Source: Octopus vulgaris
Lineage: Eukaryota
Direction: 5' to 3'
Assembly: GCA_951406725.2 (NCBI GenBank)
Contig: OX597824.1
Span: 40,114,001 to 40,178,000 of the forward strand
DNA: 64,000 nucleotides
Shown: positions 31,280 to 45,196 of the stretch, piece by piece
How the letters are laid out: the number at the start of each line of letters is the position of its first letter
Position numbering within the stretch: position 1 is the stretch's first letter
Made by a program: the position numbers and the translations under genes
Notes under the pieces: generated by a model
What the model was told of the DNA's origin: nothing
The model's database searches: none
The model's input: the letters and a program-made list of their open reading frames with translations, nothing else

Positions 31280-32437
31280 CTCTTTAACATTTACTTTCGT
31301 TATATGATTCTTAACGCAGCTTATAAGTTCTGCATTAAAAAATTATTTCACCTTTATACAGATAGCACAAGTCCTTACTTTTCTTGGAGAATACACATGA
31401 CAAGATCGACTCCTGTACACTACTGGTAGTCATTTTACCAACGATTTTTGTCTCATCTCGGTACAGCTATAGACTTCATAAATACAAGTTGCTGTAACCG
31501 CCATATCAGGTATATTAACGCTTACATCATTAAGACATATTACACTTGTTAGTATTTTGTAGTCAAATCCTGTCGGGATTCACTTTGTAATCCTCAGAAA
31601 TTGATAAAATAATTTGTATCATAGTCAGTGTTATATTCTAATTGGATTTGAAAGATTTAGACAAAGAAAATAAATTAATTTTCTATACATGACTATGAGA
31701 GAAAGAGCAACTAAAGAATTAAGCTACAAGTCATTTATTTGTGATGATTCCGTTAACAGAAGCCTCCTACTAGTAGGTAAGAAGATGAACATGATGATGA
31801 TCACAATTATCATATATCCATGATGATGATGACGCTGATGACGACAACGACGACGAAGAAGTGGAGGCAGAGGAGGCAGAGGATGATGATGTTGATGACG
31901 ACGACGAAGACAACGACGGGTAGAAAATACTTCATTCGTTTGAAAAGCTTATTTTAGGGCGGGAAATGTGACATCAAATAACAACGAGTTTTCAGATGGC
32001 ATTACTAATGCAAGCGAAGCGATATAAATAAATTGCTTTGACCGGGGACTGAAACCACAATCCCTATCTTCATCTTCTTTTTAATGATTCCCTCAGAGTA
32101 GGAATAGTAATGCATGTAGTCCTACAAATTGCGAAAAGAATGGAGCAATTGTCTTCAGACCGAGACCCTGTCCAAATGCTTACATCAAAGTGGTTTGGGC
32201 GTAATCATTGAAAAGATAAAGTGATGGTGTTAAACAGTACTACGATTTAAGTCGGTCACTCACTAATAGAAAAGCTTTGCACTGCCTTTTATACATAAAG
32301 CAAGGTCTGATGGGAAAGTATGATAGAAGAAACATCGTGCCTCAGGTTCTACGCAGTAGGATCGAATTTATTATCCACACATATACATCTATGCCTGTAA
32401 TTCCAGTCTCCTCATTTGCCAGAAACTTACACCCCCG

Positions 32438-32494
<57 letters not shown>

Positions 32495-32685
32495 ACTCAC
32501 TTTCCAGTTGCTTGAAACAAAAGAAAGTTAGGAATATGTCACTTCGTCGCTATTTTATACGAGTTGTTACCTTCAAATCATTATCTTGAATGAATTATAT
32601 ACATACATACATACATACATACTTACATATATACAAACATACACACATTTTACTTAAATACAGACATATATGCATACATGCGTAC

Positions 32686-32764
<79 letters not shown>

Positions 32765-32830
32765 TGCATGTACGTGTGTGTATATATATACATATATACA
32801 TATATATATATATTTAATATATTACATATA

Positions 32831-32919
<89 letters not shown>

Positions 32920-33576
32920 ATGTATGTATGTATGTATGTATGTATGTATGTATGTATGTATGTATGTGTGTGTTTATGTTTTGTTTGAAGATGAGCAGCT
33001 TATGTTGTTATTCGTGTATTACACACATATAAATTATTTTCTCGCCCAAATATATAATTACAATTATATATCACCAATATGTGTGCGTATATGTTTTATG
33101 TATAATGTATGTTATATGCATGTATGTATGTGAGTAAGCACGTATGTGTGTAAGTCATACATACATATATAGCAAATTAATGCCTTGGAGCTTGTTTACT
33201 GAAAATAGAAGACTTCCTTTAAGCTTATTCTGTGTAAAGCCAGACGAGGATCAATAAATAAATGAATGAATAAAAGAAAAACAAACGGAAATCAAATTTA
33301 TTAATAATTCCTTCATATCTTCATATGATAAAGTTAGTATTCCATTGACAACTGTTATTCTTTTCCCGTTCTTTCTTTCTACTTTTCGTTCTTTCGTTAG
33401 TTAGTGCATTGTTTGGCGCCGTTAATGTTGCTGCTGTTGTTTAGCCCTGGGTCGGTCTGTATAAGGCAGACCCATTATCAAAAATGCGACATGATTGCTC
33501 CATCCTATATTTTCGGACATATTTTACCTGGAATCGCGTTGTCTGATTTCTGTTTACTTTGTTGCAGAGATCGTGA

Positions 33577-33653
<77 letters not shown>

Positions 33654-33719
33654 AAGAAAGAAAGAAAGAAGAAGAAGAAGAAGAAGAAGAAGAAGAAGAA
33701 GAAGAAGAAGAAGAAGAAG

Positions 33720-33750
<31 letters not shown>

Positions 33751-34551
33751 TTTTTTTCTTTATTAACTAATAAAGATGGAGGCGCGTGGCTTAGTGGTTA
33801 GGGTGTCAGCATCGTGATCATAAGATTGTGGTTTCGATTCCTGAACCGGGCGACGCGTTGTGTTCTTGAGCAAAACACTTCATTTCACGTTGCTCCAGTC
33901 CACTCAGTTTATATGGTGTCTGTTTTAAAAGTATTGAAGTTCCAGCAGTAATTACACAGGATTCAACTTTTACTTCATTCTTTAATTGCTTTGTTATTTT
34001 ATTTATTTTACACCGTTTCAGTCGTTCTATTTATATTAAATAGTTCCTGTTGAGCCCTTCCTTCTCCATTTTGAAGTTGATCTTTAATAATTACTTTCTA
34101 AACTCACTTCCTTAACACCTCAAGCAAGTATTTAATTTCGAAAATATTTAACAAATTATAAAAATAATTAAAAGTTAGCGTTAATTTAGACTCTAAACTA
34201 CTTCACTATCAAAAGTATGACATGATAATGAATATAGAGTGTATATTGAAAACCAAAAACGGTAAAATACGAAGCAGAGTTTCTGTACACGTGAAACAGA
34301 AAAGAATACAAACTCAACCGATCGACTAAACCTAAAGTCATGCTAAAGAGAAATCGTATAAACCGAGTGCCGTGCAAACCGAGGGATATCTGTCTGTACA
34401 TATTTTAAAGGCTTTACTGCATTATAGATAGTCAACCAGTTCAGCACATAAAAAAGTATTTACTAGAAAGATTTAAACTATACACGTGTCCTGCTCGCAG
34501 GAGGCTGCTACATAATATGGTAGTGAGAGAGAGAGGGGTGGGGGCTTAAAG

Positions 34552-34781
34552 CAGTGGTTCTCAACCTGGGTCCAAATAAGATTTATGCAACAAAATGGTA
34601 AATTTGGGATCCCCAATAGTATTGTAAGGGCTTTTGAAAAAATTTTGCTATGGATATATATATTAGTAATATCGCAAGAAACAGCTCGGTTTCTTTCTCT
34701 AACATTTCACAGTTCAACATACACAAGTTGAACAATAATAATCAAAGGAGCCCATAGATAAAGAATGACTGAGAACCCCTT
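34552..34781. mobile_element. hAT-type MITE
   Basis: Ends are CAGTGGTTCTCAAC and ACTGAGAACCCCTT. A perfect 8-bp target duplication GCTTAAAG lies at 34544-34551 and 34782-34789. Confidence 0.8.
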
Positions 34782-34949
34782 GCTTAAAGGGAGAGAATCG
34801 TTTCTAATTTTGGGGGGGATTTTTCTCGTTTTATGTTGAGAAATTCTTATCGAAGAGTGAAAAGTGGAAAAAGGAAAACGTATTTAAAATATATTTTTCA
34901 TTTTAATTCACAGTGTTGAAGTTTAATAATAAAATCGGGATCATATGAT

Positions 34950-35118
34950 CACTAGCATAGCTAGAAGAGGGCGGAGAGAGTGACTGACCCCAGGCGGCAC
35001 TTTTATGGGGCAGCATCACTTTTGGGTCTGCTGTATGCAACATATACTTTCTGTGGGGTTCCAGAGGCTGTAGACTAAAGGGCCGCCCCGGGCGGCATAC
35101 ACTTTAGCCACGCTAGTG
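34950..35118. mobile_element. GC-rich hAT-type MITE
   Basis: TIRs CACTAGCATAGCTA and TAGCCACGCTAGTG. The 8-bp flanks are CATATGAT and TATATGAT. Confidence 0.75.
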
Positions 35119-36017
35119 TATATGATATATTTACAAATTTTCCACAAATCAACCAACACAGAATCCGCACGTAGTGGTCTTTCTTTAAGCTCGTTAATGT
35201 TCCACATGTAATCTGAATTTCCCGCACAGCAAAAATTAAATGTTCTGAACTTTTAATGTGATTTTCCCATGCCAAACTTATTGATCATCGTGTTGGATGG
35301 TGCTTAAAATATTCTTAATATTGTAGCATGATCGGTTATATAAGAATAGATCTATGCACTGCGCTTAGATTATTTTGATCAATTCTTATGTAATCAACAA
35401 CTATTTTTTATTACTGGTATCTATACTATTTTAATAACATTTATTCTCTTACTGACTTCTATGGGATCCATTTCTTCCTCTTCTTCTACTACTACTACTA
35501 CTACTACTACTACTGCCATTGTTATTTCATGCCTTGTTAGCACAGGCTTATTTGTGGCTGGTATATAGTTTAAATTTTATCGAGTTTCGCAAAAGCTGAA
35601 TTACTGTTATTACTCGTGGTGGTTTTTCATTTATCCTTTCTTTTGTATCATATTTATAGAAAAATATGACATTTTGAAAATGTTTTCTTTACTATTTGGT
35701 TTTTCAATACAAAATGTCGACCAGACGCTCGCCTCGACGAACAAAAACACTTCCTCAGACAACACGCAAAACCTGAACAATATTATAAATGAAAATACAA
35801 ATGTATTTAAAAGAATGATGCATCTCGTATCTATGATATAATAATAGCAAGACACAATTTTCCACCAATACAAACTGTATTACAAGAAACTTTCTTTATT
35901 CCAGTATTTTTTTATTTCTCCGTATTAACAGTTTGATTCAATCCCACATTACGTAAAGCTTTGTGGGTGTAGGTCATGTTGACTACATCAGATGTTCGAG
36001 GACAGATGTTCGAGGAC

Positions 36018-36062
<45 letters not shown>

Positions 36063-36109
36063 CATATATATATGAGACCAAAGTGTACGTAAGCCGCTAT
36101 ATATATATA

Positions 36110-36690
36110 TACAAAATGGGACAAGAACGCAAAACATCCGGACAGCTAGGTGATACAAAAATGGGACAACAAAACATCCAGATAGACGATACAAGAAAAC
36201 AAGGACGGGTCATTCGAAGTTTTCTTTCCTCAGTCAAGTACCAGATTATCCTCGCAATTTCGGCTGATTATACTTGAGATTGCTCCAGTCTGGCCAGCCC
36301 CAAGGAAAAACTAAGCTAAGAGCAGTAGATTCCTTGGAAGAAAGCAGCGAATGTATACAAAAACAAGGACGAAAAAAACGGACAATGTTATACAAATACA
36401 ATAAAATTAATAATAATAACAGGACATAACAACAGGTGTCTTTCGACTAAGGACGAATTGGATTCAGCTGGCGTGTGTGGAAATGAAGCCTTACGGCAGA
36501 GATACAAGATTTCACAAACACATTCTTACCTGTGTTTGTGAAATCTTGTATCTTTGCCGTAAGGTTTCATTTCCACACACAGTGGTCCTTTAGATTTTCT
36601 AAGCCCTTTAAAGAACTTTAAAAGAAAGTCGGGCCTCCAACGAGGCCTTTCACTATACCCTTAAACCCAGGAACTTTTCATCTCCTCCTC
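36110..36690. mobile_element. (TA)n-inserted element with a 50-bp fold-back (36473-36580)
   Basis: Positions 36112-36392 recur in reverse at ~56875-57115. The hairpin has an 8-nt loop and 2 mismatches. Confidence 0.75.
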
Positions 36691-36695
36691 GTATG

Positions 36696-36755
<60 letters not shown>

Positions 36756-37019
36756 ACATACTTATACACATTCATACATATATGCACGTTTATATATATA
36801 ATAAATTCATACAAATATGCACATATATACACAGATATGCACCTATATATATATATATATCGATACATATATCTTTATATTTTCTCCCACACACTCATGT
36901 GCATAATACGCATATAAGCATAGGCGCACGCACATGATAGATATACGCGTACATTAATTTATGTACACCATTCACACACACTTTCGTGTGCGCACATATA
37001 TGCACGCCTACACATACAC

Positions 37020-37063
<44 letters not shown>

Positions 37064-37089
37064 GGGTGTGTGTGATTGTGTATAGAAGA

Positions 37090-37469
37090 ATATATTAATA
37101 AAAGGAATTCCGACCTTGTCTGATTTTCACGTTTTATTTACAATCTTATAATGATATAAGATAATATAATAAAATAAAATAAAATAATAGAATGTTAAAT
37201 GTTCATTCTGATTGAACTAGTACTTTCATGCATTAAATTCTGCAATCTTCAGGTTCATGTAGTAGTGGTGACAGTCATGCTTTACAATTTATTGTGAAGC
37301 ATGACTGATTGCAGAATTTAATGCATGAAAGTACTAGTTCAATCAGAATGAACATTTAACATTCTATTATTTTATTTTATTTTATTTTATTATATTATCT
37401 TATATCATTATAAGATTGTAAATAAAACGTGAAAATCAGACAAGGTCGGAATTCCATTTATTAATATAT
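37090..37469. mobile_element. Palindromic mini-element with ~160-bp inverted arms and a hammerhead
   Basis: Arms at 37090-37247 and 37307-37469 with an inner hairpin at 37272-37307. Same family as 13675-13848. Confidence 0.88.
37213..37257 (-). ncRNA. Minimal type-I hammerhead motif
   Basis: UGAAC-CUGAAGA-UUGCA-GAAUUUAA-UGCAU-GAAA-GUAC-UA-GUUCA: 5-bp stem I, palindromic AGUACU, CUA triplet, and a U.U pair at the base of stem II. Confidence 0.7.
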
Positions 37470-38145
37470 ATATATATATATATATACATGCGGCACGCAA
37501 CATGTGTCTATAAGCCGCTACTAAATTCAAACCACTACGAAATGACCTTGAAGTCAACGTGTTTAAACTAACGAAGACAACACTCGTATATCACCTGAGG
37601 AAACACAACTGGATCTCATTATGAAAATAAACAGTTGCAAAATAAAATACCTGTATTTTAGGAGAACTGCGTTGTTTGTTGAACAATTATACCGAAGAAT
37701 AAATAAATGTCAAACTGTACTACTCCAATTTCTTCAATTATATTCGTGGCTGCGAAGTAAGAAGCTGGCTTCCCAAGTACATGGTTCTAGGTTCAGTCCC
37801 ACTGCATGGCACCTTGGGCAAGTGTCTTCTACTATAGCCTCGTGTCGAGCAAAGTCTTTAGTGGATTTGGTAGACGGAAACTGAAAGGAGCCAGTCGTGT
37901 ATATTTGTGTAAAAGAGTAAAAGAGATATATATATAGTCAACAAATGAGATCCAGAGATTCTCAGTATTGAAAGCATTTAGTAGCGCTCAAATGATTCGA
38001 ACTCAGACTCCGATGTCTTTACGAAGGACCAATTCCGCGAGGTAAAGAGTAGGTATGTGGCTATAAGAGGAATCAAGTTGAACCGATATGAAGGCGATTA
38101 TGCGGATAAACAAATTAAACATAATAGCTTGAGTATGATATACAA

Positions 38146-38218
<73 letters not shown>

Positions 38219-38240
38219 GTGTGCGTGCGTGCGTGCGTGC

Positions 38241-38296
<56 letters not shown>

Positions 38297-38664
38297 ACAA
38301 ACAGAAAGAATGCAAAGACTGAATTTTTCAGACGATGAATATTTAAGTATAAATACATACTTAAAGGGATTTATGATATATTACTTCTTCCCCTCTCATT
38401 TTCTCTGTCGTTTTGTGCTCTGTGTAAGTTTTATATATTAATATATAAATATCTACATATTTGTACATAAATATTCATCGCCTGTAAATCTCAGTTTTTG
38501 CTTTCTTTCTGTTTGTATATATACATATGTACATATTTTGTATATTACATCCAAGCTTCTATATTTAATATGTTTATCCGCATAATTGTTTGTGTGTGTG
38601 TGTGTGTATGTGTGTGTGTGTGTATGTGTGTGTGTGTGTGTGTATGTATGTACATATATATATA

Positions 38665-39450
38665 GTCAAAATAAGCAACAGGATATCAAGAGGTGATGCA
38701 GTGCGTCGTTTCAAGTGACTCCATTTAATTGAACACTGCAATCATTACATTAATTTAAATGCAGGGCTATCCTCAGCTGCATAAAAAAATAGAATTTTTA
38801 ATCAGTTGGACACATGTAATCTTCCCTTTCTAATGTTGAAAATTGGTATATATACACATTTTATCTATTCTCGTTATAATATCATTTTTAGTAATCTTAA
38901 ATTTTATCTTTATACAACATAACAATATTATTTATATACAATCATGATAATTTCCTCTGTATTAACATCATAGGTTTTATTAGCGTTTTGCCCCTTTAAC
39001 TGGTAATTAACATCATGATTTGGGGTCTTCCCCTACCCAGCCTCCTTTATAGATAGTTACTGATACAAATCCTAAAATGTATGCCCATACCCAACTATAA
39101 ATTGTCAATTCACTCCTGCCGTTCATTCTAAACAGGCACTGTCCTCTAGCCTTAGATTTGGTAGCTGAATTACAATCCTTTATTGTAAAGGATTGTAGTT
39201 CAGCTACCAAATCTAAGGCTATCTAATGTATATTTCGGAATATTTTCCCATTGTGCACCTTTTTGAGTGTTTATACCCCGAAAACCTCTAATACCTCCAC
39301 AACTTCCGATTTACGGGAAACTTGTTTTATTCCGTTCATATTAATATTTCAGAGTAAACTCAATTTATAGTATTTTCCCATTAAGCGCCAGTTTGGCTGG
39401 GTAACGTTGGAAGCAAGCAAGATTCAAGCTGACTTTTAATGTATTATAGA
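38665..39450 (-). mobile_element. (TA)n-inserted element with a degenerate hammerhead (38696-38782) and a 36-bp hairpin (39147-39221)
   Basis: AUGCAG-CUGAGGA...GAAAC-GACGCA-CUGCAU. The hairpin has a 3-nt loop and one G.T pair. Confidence 0.55.
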
Positions 39451-39468
39451 TAATATATATACATATGT

Positions 39469-39501
<33 letters not shown>

Positions 39502-39561
39502 CAAATACACACACACTCACACACACACATACACACACATGCGTGTGTATATATATATATA

Positions 39562-40425
39562 ATTGTTAAACAGGACGTCGAACATTAAGGCAAGGCAAAA
39601 TCTCAAGTCGTATACAATATTACTACAGGAAGAGATTCAAAATCTTACACCTATTTCTGGGATATCCTGGAGTATGGGATATTCCGTCATCCAGAGACAA
39701 ATTGGGGGGAAAATACGGAAAATGGGAATGGTATATATCAATAAGTTGATAACAGAGGAAGAGAGTAAAAGAATATGGAGAGGGAAAGAGAGAAGAAAAA
39801 AGAGGCATAAAAGTTCATAGTTCAACTTTCCGAAGTTATAGAAACCAAAGCATGAGTTCTTAGGTGCAATCCTACGTATATCCATGAATGTAAGTCTTTA
39901 GGAGCAATCCTGAGTATATCCATGTAGGTTAAAGTCCTTATATATCAACGTTCAATAACAAAATGGTAACAGAGGTGACTGGTAATTGGTAAAAGTAGAG
40001 AAAAGAAAAGAAATAGAAAGCGGGCGGATAGAGCTAGGTAGGTGGGGATGTGGAGGATTAAGAGCTACACAAATCCTATGGGACAGCACCACAGTTAGCG
40101 CTGGACTCCATCAATACCAACCAATGTAAACTTGTAAATATACTCACTGGGCCCTACAACCCAAGAACATCACATTTCAGTCTTAAGGACCATAAACCAG
40201 ACTTCTTAACCAAACCCTCTATTAGACGAGGTTTTCTAGTCCAATGTATTTTAAAAGTAAGAAAGGACAACTCCAATAACAGGATTCAGAGGCTCCTGTT
40301 TCAACAGCACACCGCAATTGGCGTAGAGGGTTACCTTTGTCGCAGAAGCTGAGCAGAAAGTTGAGAGGCCCATCTCCTAGCTGTGTCAGGCATTGATAGT
40401 GAAGGACAGTTGAAAGGAGAGTATA
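39562..40425 (-). mobile_element. (TA)n-inserted element with a degenerate hammerhead (39643-39697)
   Basis: UCU-CUGGAUGA-C-GGAAUAUCC-loop-GGAUAUCCC-A-GAAA-UAGGUG-UA-AGA. Confidence 0.5.
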
Positions 40426-40596
40426 TATAATTCTGATTTAGAATTTAATATGCCACTTCAATTTTGTTTTATTGTCTAATTTGTTTATTGTTTCGGCAAT
40501 TTCTCTTTCTTTCTCGTTTTAACGTGTTTTTCGTTTTTTTCTTCTTTTTTTCATATATTATCGTTCGTTCCCGTAAGGATATATATAGCATGAGAT

Positions 40597-40828
40597 AAGG
40601 CGGCGAGCTGGCAGAAACGTTAGCACGCCGGGCGAAATGCGTAGCCGTATTTCGTCAGCCGTTACGTTCTGAGTTCAAATTCCACCGAGGTCGACTTTGC
40701 CTTTCATCCTTTCGGGGTCGATAAATTAAGTACCAGTTACGCACTGGGGTCGATGTAATCGACTTAATCCGTTTGTCTGTCCTTGTTTATCCCCTCTGTG
40801 TTTAGCCCCTTGTGGGTAGTAAAGAAAT
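40597..40828 (+). mobile_element. Young SINE family A monomer (tail 1) with an 18-bp target duplication
   Basis: ATATATATAGCATGAGAT at 40579-40596 and 40829-40846. Confidence 0.93.
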
Positions 40829-41890
40829 ATATATATAGCATGAGATTACAAAGTCCCATTTTTAGCTTAATGTTTAGCATTTTCGCAATTTTTATTACTA
40901 TTTCTTCTTTTCCCTAAAAATTGCATCTGGTTTCAGTGTCTATTGGCTTCCTTGAAGAAGAAAAAAACAGCTTATCTTTTTGTTCGTGTTTCGCAAGTCT
41001 TTCTGTTGGTTCTCAATTATTTTCAATTATTCTTTCCTAGACGTTTTTGTAGTTATTCAGTGGTTACTTTAATTTTCTAATTGTTTTAGTCCACTAATCC
41101 CCAATATTCGTGATATAAACATAATCTTTCTGTATCAAATTTTGGGTGGAATATTATTCTAAAACGCTAAATGCGATTTGTTTTTTTTTTGTTTTGTTTT
41201 TTACTGTTATCTAGATAATTCATCCACTGTCCAGTTGCTAATGGTTTCTGATTTAGTCACGAGGCAAAGCAATTTAATAATTAAATCGCTCCATCACTTG
41301 GCAGTTACTCTTGTCAACCCCAAAACGATGGATGGGATTTGAACTCGGAATGGAAAGAATCGGAACAAATACCACAAAGCATTTTTTTCCAACATTCTAA
41401 CTATTCGATCAACTCACCGTCCAGTTGATGATATCATTGTTATAACAGTACTGAAATAGCTAGAACATTGATATCTATTACATTCCTTTTGTTTTGCATA
41501 AGGTATCGTTTAAATATGTTTTATAATATCGCCCAACAAGGAGGCGAGTTGGAAGTATCGTTAGCACGAGGAGCCAAATGCTTAGTAGCATTTCGTTCGC
41601 TTTCACGTTCTAAGTTCAAATTCTGTCGAGGTCGAATTTTCCTTTCATTGTTTTGGGATCAATAAAATAAGTACGAGTTGATCACTGGGGTCGATTTAAT
41701 CGATTCAGCCCCCGATCCTCCTGGTTTTGTGCCAAAAATTGAAATCAGTATAACACATCATAATATTTTCTTTCGTTTTTCTGCTATGCACTCTATCTGG
41801 TTCATTAATTCCTAGTAATTTGCACATGTTTGGTACAGTTTTCTTATCACTATTTTTTTAAATGATATGAGTGTTCCTTACCATGATATC

Positions 41891-42260
41891 TATTTAGTCA
41901 TCCCATAAATAATGCGATTTTTTTATACTTCTTTTATTTTTCAAAATTAAGATAAAATCCTTTTTTAATCCAACATATACTCTCTTTCAATTTCTACAAT
42001 GTTCTTCCATCTATCTAGTATACTTGCAAGGCCCACCTTCCAAAATTCACTTGTCCGTGACCAAAAATACTCCACCAGTACTATTCTGACCTCGTCTACA
42101 GAATTCATATTCTTTTCCGTCCAAATGATTTTGAAGACTGCGGAATAAATGATAATTATATGAGGCAATATCCGGCGAATATGGTGGGTGGGACATCGTT
42201 TCCCATTTAAACTGCCTCATCCTCGCTGTATGTGGCCGAGCATTATCCTGATGGAAGAAC
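41891..42260 (-). pseudogene. Mariner (DD34D) transposase 3' fragment
   Basis: FFHQDNARPHTAR..HPPYSPDIASYNYHLFRSLQNHLDGK, then a frameshift to EFWKVGLASILDRWKNIVE. Confidence 0.92.
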
Positions 42261-42473
42261 ATACATGCTTATGCACACATACATATATACATACATACAT
42301 ATATGTATGCGCACGCACACTGACGCACACGCATGCGCACAAAGAAATGCAGTTCCGATAACGGACAGAGTCAACGATTATTGAAAATGTTGCACTAAAA
42401 GAGAATGACTCCCCAGACACAACAAAATATTCTTCAACACACGAATTCACATAAAGAATCTTACAAACCAAAT

Positions 42474-42538
<65 letters not shown>

Positions 42539-43143
42539 ATGTATGTATGTATATGTATATTTGTATTGAAAGGGGCTTCTTTTAGTTTCCGTCTCCCAAA
42601 TCTACTCGGCTCGGAACTTTAGTAGAAGACACTTACCCTAGGTGGAAAGCAGTGGAACTGAACTCAGAGCCATGTAGTTGGGAAGCAAACTTCTTACCAC
42701 ACAGCCAAGCCTGTGCCTGTTCATAAACAATTTGGTTAGTATTTTACATGTACTTCTTAAACATTTTAACCAGAAGTTTAGACTGTTATCATTTTCTGAT
42801 AGCTTCTAATTGTATCGGATTTGATGCAAGCATTCTCTTGTGATTGGACTTTCTTGTGAGTGGACTTTCACTAGCATTTTTAACAAGATTTTGAGGGAGA
42901 CTAAATCAGTCTGTGTCAACATGACATAGGTTATTTTCATGAATTGGCCGATCGTCAACCACTACCAATAGCTGAGAGAGCAATAAATTGTCAAACATAA
43001 ATCAATGTAATACTCGTATTATTGAGTGCTTGTACATAAGAACAACGCTTTTACATACTTAAGCTTACAAGCGAATATACATATTTATATGTGTATGTGA
43101 ATGTGTGTTTATTTAGCATTGTACTACATATTTGAATATGTGC

Positions 43144-43326
<183 letters not shown>

Positions 43327-43602
43327 TGAAATTTACAGAAAAACAAAATACGAAGACAGGTATACAAACAACAAGCAGGTTTATTAGTTTGACGCTCGGG
43401 AAGGTGAGAAAGTCTTTTACGTTTCGAGCCTATAATTATTTGAGCTTTGGGTATATGTTTAGTAGTATGTCGATTAAAGCACTTACACCGTTTAGGCTAC
43501 CTGATGTTATCTACGGTTATAATGTGTATATCCAACGTCCTACACACGACCAAAATATGCCAACTGAAACTCAGTAAATGTAGCGAAGTATCTGATTTAA
43601 AA

Positions 43603-43713
43603 CAAGACACCTGATGAGATGCAGCCTGCACTGATGGATGCAACACAACTAGCTGTGCAATACCTCACTTGTAAAGGACGGGTACAGGACGGATCGAAAC
43701 TATCATTGTCTTG
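43603..43713 (+). ncRNA. Hammerhead-like motif with a long stem II, followed by AATAAA
   Basis: CAAGACAC-CUGAUGA-GAU...AUC-GAAAC-UAUC-AU-UGUCUUG. A poly(A) signal at 43714 precedes (TA)n. Confidence 0.6.
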
Positions 43714-43765
43714 AATAAAAAATTTTGCAAACTAAATTTTCTGTTTCCCTCATTCATTATATAAA

Positions 43766-43828
<63 letters not shown>

Positions 43829-44431
43829 TTTTATATAGTTACTTTACCTGTTCAAAAAGCCGAAGAGTCGAGAGGGCCTCTATGTCTCAAGCCCAAAACA
43901 CAGACACCTAAAACGATTAGAGAAAGCATGATACATGTTACCAAGACATATTCGTTCACGGGCGACGCTTGAATTATTCGATGTATCCAAATTCTACCTA
44001 TCTCGAAATTTCTTAATTACTTGCATACTCATTTAATAATTTTAGTTTTATAATGATTAATTTTCATGAACACAATAATTCTATCCTCATTAACTTGTTA
44101 ACCTATTTGTGTCAAAATTATATATCCTATTATTTTCATCGACATAATTATTTTGTTTTAATTAATACTATGTCAGTATTTTGTTTATAAACTTTTTTGA
44201 TCACAACCTCTTTAATATCAGGGTTGTTTTTTTTGCATTGGCCTTAGTGCAGTTCTCAAGCCCAAAATCTATACTGATGCTATATAACCTGGAAAGTATT
44301 TTCTAGCAAATTTTATAACTTAACATATTGTTTGATGAATTTCACACAGAACTAGAAACTGCCCTTAATGTTCCCAATCTTGTAGCCACTCGCTATACGG
44401 TTTAGTGTTGCACCTAATGGATAACAAGCAG

Positions 44432-44640
44432 ACACCACAAAGGAAGCGAAGACAAGCCTCTATGGAATGTTTCCGTTTTTTATTGGATTCTTCGGAACAT
44501 TTTTTTGTATCATCCTGGTTATAATATCAAAGGATTTGGTAAGAGATGGGCCGTGTAGATATCTGGAGATCTTGTCTAGTGAACAGACTCAGTATAATAG
44601 AATAAAGAACTCTCTGGAAGAGTTCTATGGACTAGAATAA
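44432..44640 (+). CDS. Possible terminal exon with one transmembrane-like segment
   Basis: Open frame TTKEAKTSLYGMFPFFIGFFGTFFCIILVIISKDLVRDGPCRYLEILSSEQTQYNRIKNSLEEFYGLE-stop. The acceptor is weak. Confidence 0.25.
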
Positions 44641-44829
44641 TCTTTAAAAAAGTGAATTCAACTGGGAATGGAAGACGGTTAGATACTAGTTATATGCTTG
44701 GGTCTATCGTGTGAGAGGAGCACAAACTGTAGCATGTAAGAGTGACTTATACAGCAGTTGTGTTTGCAGTAAAAAAGCCTTTAATTGTAAAGTATCTCTG
44801 TAGATATATGCATACGTGTATTTGCATCT

Positions 44830-44992
44830 TGCCGAACCGCTAAGTTACGAGTACGTAAATACACTAACAACGGTTGTCAAACAATAGTGAGGGAAAAACA
44901 CAGACACACACCCACACGCACACATACACACACATATGTATATGTAAATATATATATATACATATATATATGTATATATATATATATGTATA

Positions 44993-45035
<43 letters not shown>

Positions 45036-45196
45036 GACGGGCGTCCTTCAGTTTCTCTCTTCCAAATCCATTCGCAAGGCTTTGGTCGGGCTTAGGCTAT
45101 AGTAGAAGACACTTACCCAAGATACCATGCAGTGGGATTGAACTCAAAACCATATGGTTCGGAAGCAAACTTCTTAACACACAGCCATGCCTGTGC
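44830..45196 (-). mobile_element. SINE family B
   Basis: Reverse copy with the internal microsatellite. Confidence 0.8.

Noticed and set aside
31785-31923. Acidic D/E-rich reading frame
   Set aside because: A degenerate (GAT/GAC)n tract like those at 52750-53150 and 54720-54900, with no supporting exon structure.
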